Positions 21,745-26,649 of a stretch of 26,649 nt of DNA are shown here, in pieces. This DNA is from a virus (Duplodnaviria > Caudoviricetes): positions 1 to 26,649 of the IMG/VR virus record IMGVR_UViG_3300025635_000135, one strand, 5' to 3'. Under the pieces are notes generated by a model that saw only the letters and a program-made list of their open reading frames with translations, did not search any database and had not been told where the DNA came from. Each line of letters opens with the position of its first letter. Position 1 is the first letter of the stretch. The translations under genes and the position numbers were made by a program.

Positions 21745-23730
21745 ATGAACGATAATCAATTTGCAGGATTAAATGGATTTGTTTGGTGGGTTGGTGTTGT
21801 TGAAGATCGTCAGGATCCTTTAAAACTTGGTAGATGTAAAGTAAGAATTTTTGGATGGCACTCTGAGAATATAACAGAAGTTCCGACTGAATTACTTCCT
21901 TGGGCACAAGCAATGATGCCTTTGAATAATCCTAATCCTTACACACCAAAAGAATCTGATGTTGTTATTGGATTTTTTATTGATGGAAGAAACGCACAAA
22001 CTCCAGTAATGATGGGTGTGCTTCCAGGGATACCTCTAAAAGAATCAAATCCACAACAAGGATTTAATGACCAAAGAACTGATGCACAATTAAATGTTGC
22101 ACCTTCAAAACTTGAAGATGCCAAAACACGTTATCCTAGACACATTGACGAACCAACGACATCGAGACTTGCACGTAATCAAAGTCCTACACAAATAGAC
22201 TTAGCAAAAAATAATGTTGATAGTCTTATAGAGAAGAATCCATCTTATAATGCTAAGTATCCATATAATAATGCAGTTGAATCAGAATCTGGACATGCGT
22301 TTGAAATAGATGATACTCCAGATAATGAAAGAATTAATATATTTCATAGAACAGGATCACATTTAGAAATGCGACCAGATGGTTCTATGCAACAAAAGGT
22401 ATTATCTAATAGTACAAGAATTATTGAAGGTGATGAATTAACTCACATCAAAGGAAATAAACTTACCTACGTTGATGGTGATATGACATATATTGTAAAA
22501 GGTAATGTTACATTCCAAGTAGAAAAAGATTTTCTTACACAAGCAAAGAATGTTGTATTTTCTGCTAAATCTAAGTTTAGTGCTTCTGCTGGAACGATGG
22601 CATCTGTTTCCGGTAAAATCTCAAGCTCATTGGGTGGCGGATTCTGTCCAGTAACAAGTGTATCTGGTTTAATGACTACTGTTTCTGGAACATCGTCATT
22701 GAAGTTATCTGGAGCAATGATCGATTTGACGAACGGTGGATCTGGAACTGCTAAAGATGCGGCAACAACAACTCCTACTGAAAGTGCAACGACTGCTGCT
22801 ACATCAGGAAGTGTAGTTGGTGAACAAAGTTATGCAGCATTAGGACAAGTATCTTCATCAGCAGTTACTAATGCTGAGGCAGCTGCAACACAAGGTTCTA
22901 GTGCATTCCTTGGTGGTTCATCTGTTGTTGATATAACTAAAAATGCTGCAGGTGATGGAAGTTATGTTGCACAGAGTCCAGTATTGTCAACTCCTTGGAG
23001 TGGATTTAATAGTTCAATGGTGCAGAATATAACTAATCCTAGTGCATCTTTAGCACAACAAACACAAGAAGCATTAAAACAAGGTTTAGATAATGCTGTA
23101 CAAACAGTCAAGAATTTACCGTCAACAGTAGTAGAGAAAACAGGTTATAACGATTACATTAAATCACAAACTGTCGCACTTGCAAAATGGGATGTTGCTT
23201 CGGCTACAAATAATTTAAAAGATTATCAGAATGCTGTTTCCGCTACTATTGACGCTGCAGGTAAAGCAACTCAAATGGCAGTCAACGTATCAAATCTTGA
23301 AAATGATGTTATTTCCGTAAAAGCTTTAACTACAGATTTTTGTATAGGTGAATCTGCAAAACAATATGTGAATAATATTAAAGACGATTTAAAAGCAGCA
23401 AAAGAAAAGGCAAGAGAGTTATTTAAGAATTACAGTAAGTCTACAACTGACATGATAGAGAATGCTTCAAATGATTTGAAGAATAAGATGAAAGCTATGA
23501 ATGAAAAATCTATCGATGAGTGGATAGATAGTCACCTTTATGACACATCTTGTGCTGCATGTGCTCAGGAAGCACTTACATATAGACAGAATGGAAAAAC
23601 TCCAAGTGAGACTGAAAAACTTCTATCGGAATGTTTATATCGTGAATATAAATCTATAAGAGATAGAAATGCTGGTAATTTACCAATAACAAGTGCTGAT
23701 CTTGTAAAAGCTAAAAAGAAAGAATGTTAA
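21745..23730 (+). CDS. gp5: baseplate central spike gp5 (OB-fold plus beta-helix, no lysozyme domain) with long C-terminal extension
   Basis: FVWWVGVVEDRQDPLKLGRCKVRIFGWH, LPWA, VIGFFIDG...P.MMG, YPYN...ESESGH.FEIDDTP..ERI..FHRTG, then short beta repeats (IKGNKLTYVDGDMTYIVKGNV). Confidence 0.92.
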   Translation: MNDNQFAGLNGFVWWVGVVEDRQDPLKLGRCKVRIFGWHSENITEVPTELLPWAQAMMPLNNPNPYTPKESDVVIGFFIDGRNAQTPVMMGVLPGIPLKESNPQQGFNDQRTDAQLNVAPSKLEDAKTRYPRHIDEPTTSRLARNQSPTQIDLAKNNVDSLIEKNPSYNAKYPYNNAVESESGHAFEIDDTPDNERINIFHRTGSHLEMRPDGSMQQKVLSNSTRIIEGDELTHIKGNKLTYVDGDMTYIVKGNVTFQVEKDFLTQAKNVVFSAKSKFSASAGTMASVSGKISSSLGGGFCPVTSVSGLMTTVSGTSSLKLSGAMIDLTNGGSGTAKDAATTTPTESATTAATSGSVVGEQSYAALGQVSSSAVTNAEAAATQGSSAFLGGSSVVDITKNAAGDGSYVAQSPVLSTPWSGFNSSMVQNITNPSASLAQQTQEALKQGLDNAVQTVKNLPSTVVEKTGYNDYIKSQTVALAKWDVASATNNLKDYQNAVSATIDAAGKATQMAVNVSNLENDVISVKALTTDFCIGESAKQYVNNIKDDLKAAKEKARELFKNYSKSTTDMIENASNDLKNKMKAMNEKSIDEWIDSHLYDTSCAACAQEALTYRQNGKTPSETEKLLSECLYREYKSIRDRNAGNLPITSADLVKAKKKEC

Positions 23731-23731
23731 T

Positions 23732-24028
23732 ATGTTTGCAGCTAAACAATTAGATATAGTTTCTGACAGAGGTGTCATATGTGGTACTGGACATCCTAAT
23801 GTTAGAATCAATGGAATACCTATGGCTGCATTAGGAGACAAAGTTGCACCACATGCTTGTTGTGGAGCTCCTGGATGTGAAATACATTGCGTTGCAGTTT
23901 TATCTATGGGATCTATTCGTCCAAACATTCGTGTTAATGGACAACCGATAATTATTCAAGGCGATGTTGCGACATGCAAAGAACCAATTAATAGACAAGG
24001 AAAACCTAGTTTGGTGATGGTACTATAA
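23732..24028 (+). CDS. PAAR-family spike tip (gp5.4-like)
   Basis: NVRINGIPMAALGD..APH.CCG...C..H and RVNGQPII..GD.ATC; directly after gp5. Confidence 0.88.
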   Translation: MFAAKQLDIVSDRGVICGTGHPNVRINGIPMAALGDKVAPHACCGAPGCEIHCVAVLSMGSIRPNIRVNGQPIIIQGDVATCKEPINRQGKPSLVMVL

Positions 24029-24819
24029 TGGGAACTTTATACGATTCACTACAATTAAATTTTGATACGTCAAAATTCGGAGAAGCACTTGATCCGATGG
24101 GAGACTTGCAGGTTAGGATAGATGAAAGTTATCCAGTAATTCAAAAGTGGCAGTATGATGCAATAGCAAATAATCAAACTTCATCTAGTTTATATTTTAG
24201 AAATCCTGTGGCTAATGTAGTCAACTCTATAATTTCTACTATAAGTTCTGCAAACACTTTTATATATGGATTTGGTATTCTTGCTAATGCGAATGTTGTC
24301 ATTTCAGGATTATCAAATACCGCAAATACTTTCTTGATACATACGCAAAGAGTATCTGGTGTTTCTTCTTCACCGAACACTTTAGAACCAGATTTTTTTA
24401 CAGCAACAGGATATGGTCAGATAGCATTTTCATTAGTAAGTAAGTTTGAAGGTATATCAAACAACTCTCCAGTTTTAGGAAGTATGACTAGTCTTTTTGT
24501 TGAAGATGATTTGCTTACATATTCAAATGAACTATCTGCAGCTTCATTGGAACTTAAAAATAGTATAGTTGCGGTTGGATTTCCATACACATACGTATCG
24601 AATTTATCATCGATAAGAATCACACAAATATTGAATACTATGAATGCTGCAAACAATTTCATGTATGACAGATATACAAATGACAAAGGATATTTTGGTA
24701 GAGTTTTAGCGTTGGCAAATAACTACGATCAAATGATAAAATATTCTGCATTTAATGATTTATCTGCACATTTAGTAAACAATTATGTTGGAACCGATAA
24801 GTTAAAAAATAACCTATAA
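24028..24819 (+). CDS. hypothetical, probably virion-associated protein
   Basis: 263 aa, Asn/Ser-rich; start overlaps the PAAR stop; lies between PAAR and gp25. Confidence 0.65.
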   Translation: MGTLYDSLQLNFDTSKFGEALDPMGDLQVRIDESYPVIQKWQYDAIANNQTSSSLYFRNPVANVVNSIISTISSANTFIYGFGILANANVVISGLSNTANTFLIHTQRVSGVSSSPNTLEPDFFTATGYGQIAFSLVSKFEGISNNSPVLGSMTSLFVEDDLLTYSNELSAASLELKNSIVAVGFPYTYVSNLSSIRITQILNTMNAANNFMYDRYTNDKGYFGRVLALANNYDQMIKYSAFNDLSAHLVNNYVGTDKLKNNL

Positions 24820-24822
24820 ATA
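24815..24822 (+). promoter_or_regulatory. T4 late promoter (perfect TATAAATA)
   Basis: TATAAATA-GAAG-ATG of gp25. Confidence 0.7.
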
Positions 24823-24826
24823 GAAG

Positions 24827-25231
24827 ATGGCAACCTCATTTACAAACGTAACAAGACAATATAGAGACTTGGATTTGAATTTTAACATTCATCCTGTCCG
24901 TAAAGACATCAATAAAAATGTTGGTGATATGGCTGTTATTAACTCCATCAAAAATTTGATTTCCACAAACAATTATGAGAGATTATTTAATCCCATATTT
25001 GGTGGAAATATTAGAGCAATGTTGTTTGAAAATATGGATCCGGTAACTGCTCTCAGAATGGAAAAAGAAATAACCAGTATGATACAGAATTATGAACCTC
25101 GTGCGACTCTTAATTCTGTGACTATTGTTCCTCAGTATGAGAGTAATGCGTATGATGTCAAAATTAAATTTCGCATAGTTAATCGTCAAGACCCAATACA
25201 GATTTCATTTCAATTAGAGCGACTACGATAA
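24827..25231 (+). CDS. gp25: baseplate wedge subunit gp25
   Basis: YRDLDLNF..HPV..DI, AVINSIKNLI.TN.YERLFNP.FG, LFE, I.NYEPR, LERLR. Confidence 0.93.
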   Translation: MATSFTNVTRQYRDLDLNFNIHPVRKDINKNVGDMAVINSIKNLISTNNYERLFNPIFGGNIRAMLFENMDPVTALRMEKEITSMIQNYEPRATLNSVTIVPQYESNAYDVKIKFRIVNRQDPIQISFQLERLR

Positions 25232-26649
25232 TGGCAGACCGTTTACAAATAACAGACCTTGATTTTGATACAATCAAGACCAACTTAAAAACATTTTTAA
25301 GTCAACAATCAGAATTTCAAGACTATGATTTTGAAGGTTCTGGATTAAGTATCCTTTTGGATGTTCTAGCGTACAATACGCACTATAACGCATACTATCT
25401 AAACATGGTAGCTAATGAAGCATTCATGGATACAGCTTTACTTAGAGATTCAGTAGTATCACATGCAAAATCTTTAGGTTATATTCCTTATTCAAGATCA
25501 CCTGCTGTTGCAAATGTCAATATTCAAGTAATTGTCAATTCAAACGATCCTGTTCAATCTTTGTCTATTCCAAAAGGATTTAATTTTCAGTCAAATCTAA
25601 TTGACAATAAATCTTATACATTCAATGTAATTGAACCTTTAACAGTATCAAGAACTGGAGACTCGTTTTATTTTGATAATGTTGATTTGTATGAAGGTGT
25701 TCTAATTTCTTTTAGTTCAACATATGATTTGACAACAAATCCAACTTCAATATTTACTATTCCAGATACGAATATTGATACTACTACATTAAAAGTTACA
25801 GTTCAACCTTCTGCGGGAAATAGTGCAATAGAGACATATTCTCTTGCAAGTGATATTCTAAGTGTTGATTCAACTTCCTCTGTTTATTTCTTACAAGAAG
25901 GTAGAAATCAACAATATCAAATATATTTCGGTGATGGAAATATCGGGAAAGCAATCTCCGATGGATCTGTTGTTACCATTGAATACTTGATTACCAATGG
26001 TTCTGAAGCAGATAAAGCAAACGCATTTATTCCATTAACTGATATTAGTGGATATGCAAATATTTTAGTTACAGTAAATTCAGTTGCATCAGGAAGTTCA
26101 GAAAGGGAGTCAGTTGATAGTATCAAGTACTCCGCCCCATTACAGTTTGCCACACAAAATAGACTAGTTACTTATAAAGATTACGAATCTTATATTAAAA
26201 AAAATTATCCGAGTGTGGACTCTGTATCCGTTTGGGGAAGTGAGGATGACATTCCAGCATCATATGGAAAAGTTATTCTATCACTTAAACCAAAGGAAAA
26301 CTATTACATTTCTGAAATAGAGAAACAACGAATCATTGATGAAATTATCAAACCTAAATCGATAATTGCGATTCAGACTGAGATTCGTGATCCAGAATAC
26401 TTGTATTTGTTGGTAAATAATTACGTTAGATATGACAAACGTAAAACAACGGATACTGAACAAGAAATAAAAAACAAAATTAGAAATGCAATTTTAAATT
26501 ATCGTGAATTGAATCTTAATAAATTCGGTGGACGTTTTGTTCTTTCTAAATTACAAGATGCGGTTGATAGTACAAACACGACTGCAATTATTGGTTCTGA
26601 AACTATGGTTCGTGTTCAGAAACGATTCGAACCAGAATTAAATGTGCTG
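25231..26649 (+). CDS. gp6: baseplate wedge subunit gp6, 3'-truncated (not in ORF track)
   Basis: ATG 25231: MADRLQITDLDFDTIKTNLKTFLSQQSEFQDYDFEGSGLSILLDVLAYNTHYNAYYLNMVANEAFMDTALLRDSVVSHAKSLGY; later YFGDG and QNRLVTYKDY; runs off the window end. Confidence 0.95.
   Translation, partial: MADRLQITDLDFDTIKTNLKTFLSQQSEFQDYDFEGSGLSILLDVLAYNTHYNAYYLNMVANEAFMDTALLRDSVVSHAKSLGYIPYSRSPAVANVNIQVIVNSNDPVQSLSIPKGFNFQSNLIDNKSYTFNVIEPLTVSRTGDSFYFDNVDLYEGVLISFSSTYDLTTNPTSIFTIPDTNIDTTTLKVTVQPSAGNSAIETYSLASDILSVDSTSSVYFLQEGRNQQYQIYFGDGNIGKAISDGSVVTIEYLITNGSEADKANAFIPLTDISGYANILVTVNSVASGSSERESVDSIKYSAPLQFATQNRLVTYKDYESYIKKNYPSVDSVSVWGSEDDIPASYGKVILSLKPKENYYISEIEKQRIIDEIIKPKSIIAIQTEIRDPEYLYLLVNNYVRYDKRKTTDTEQEIKNKIRNAILNYRELNLNKFGGRFVLSKLQDAVDSTNTTAIIGSETMVRVQKRFEPELNVL

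Noticed and set aside
3533-26463. Other short nested ORFs in the track (e.g. 3533, 5982, 6300, 7665, 8562, 9697, 10766, 12791, 16963, 17935, 20734, 21286, 21668, 21939, 23680, 24174, 24417, 24983, 25917, 26281)
   Set aside because: Antisense or out-of-frame within recognised genes, with no motifs or expression signals.
1-26649. Introns, inteins, homing endonucleases, transposases or stop-codon reassignment
   Set aside because: Core genes are uninterrupted and of expected size; no HNH/GIY-YIG/LAGLIDADG motifs noticed; TAA, TGA and TAG all end genes normally.

Overview
This AT-rich window comes from a T4-like myophage (gp33/59/32 replication-transcription block plus gp26/51/54/2/4/48/53/5/PAAR/25/6 baseplate block). 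It most resembles environmental T4-like phages of Proteobacteria; the host is inferred, not shown. Bases 1-13089 (+ strand) are early/middle and accessory genes: a GP88-like protein, an exported protein-entericidin-LPP20 lipoprotein cluster, pyrimidine-dimer glycosylase, heme oxygenase, PhoH, a PD-(D/E)xK exonuclease, a circularly permuted two-piece tmRNA (tag ANDAFYGEDRLAA), a SleB-type wall hydrolase, DsbA, gp33, gp59, a PBP7-like S11 peptidase and gp32. Bases 13158-18354 (- strand) and 18389-26649 (+ strand) are late tail/baseplate genes. Main highlights: (1) a gp51-type domain with no usable start codon, reachable from gp26 by a -1 shift at T_TTT_TTC directly upstream of the tape-measure-like gene, like lambda gpG/gpGT; (2) the permuted tmRNA; (3) an entericidin-like lipoprotein missing from the ORF track; (4) several unexplained RNA/DNA elements (CA-repeat hairpin, hairpin exposing an anti-SD sequence, apparently leaderless late genes). 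All family assignments are by eye from motifs and synteny; no searches were run.
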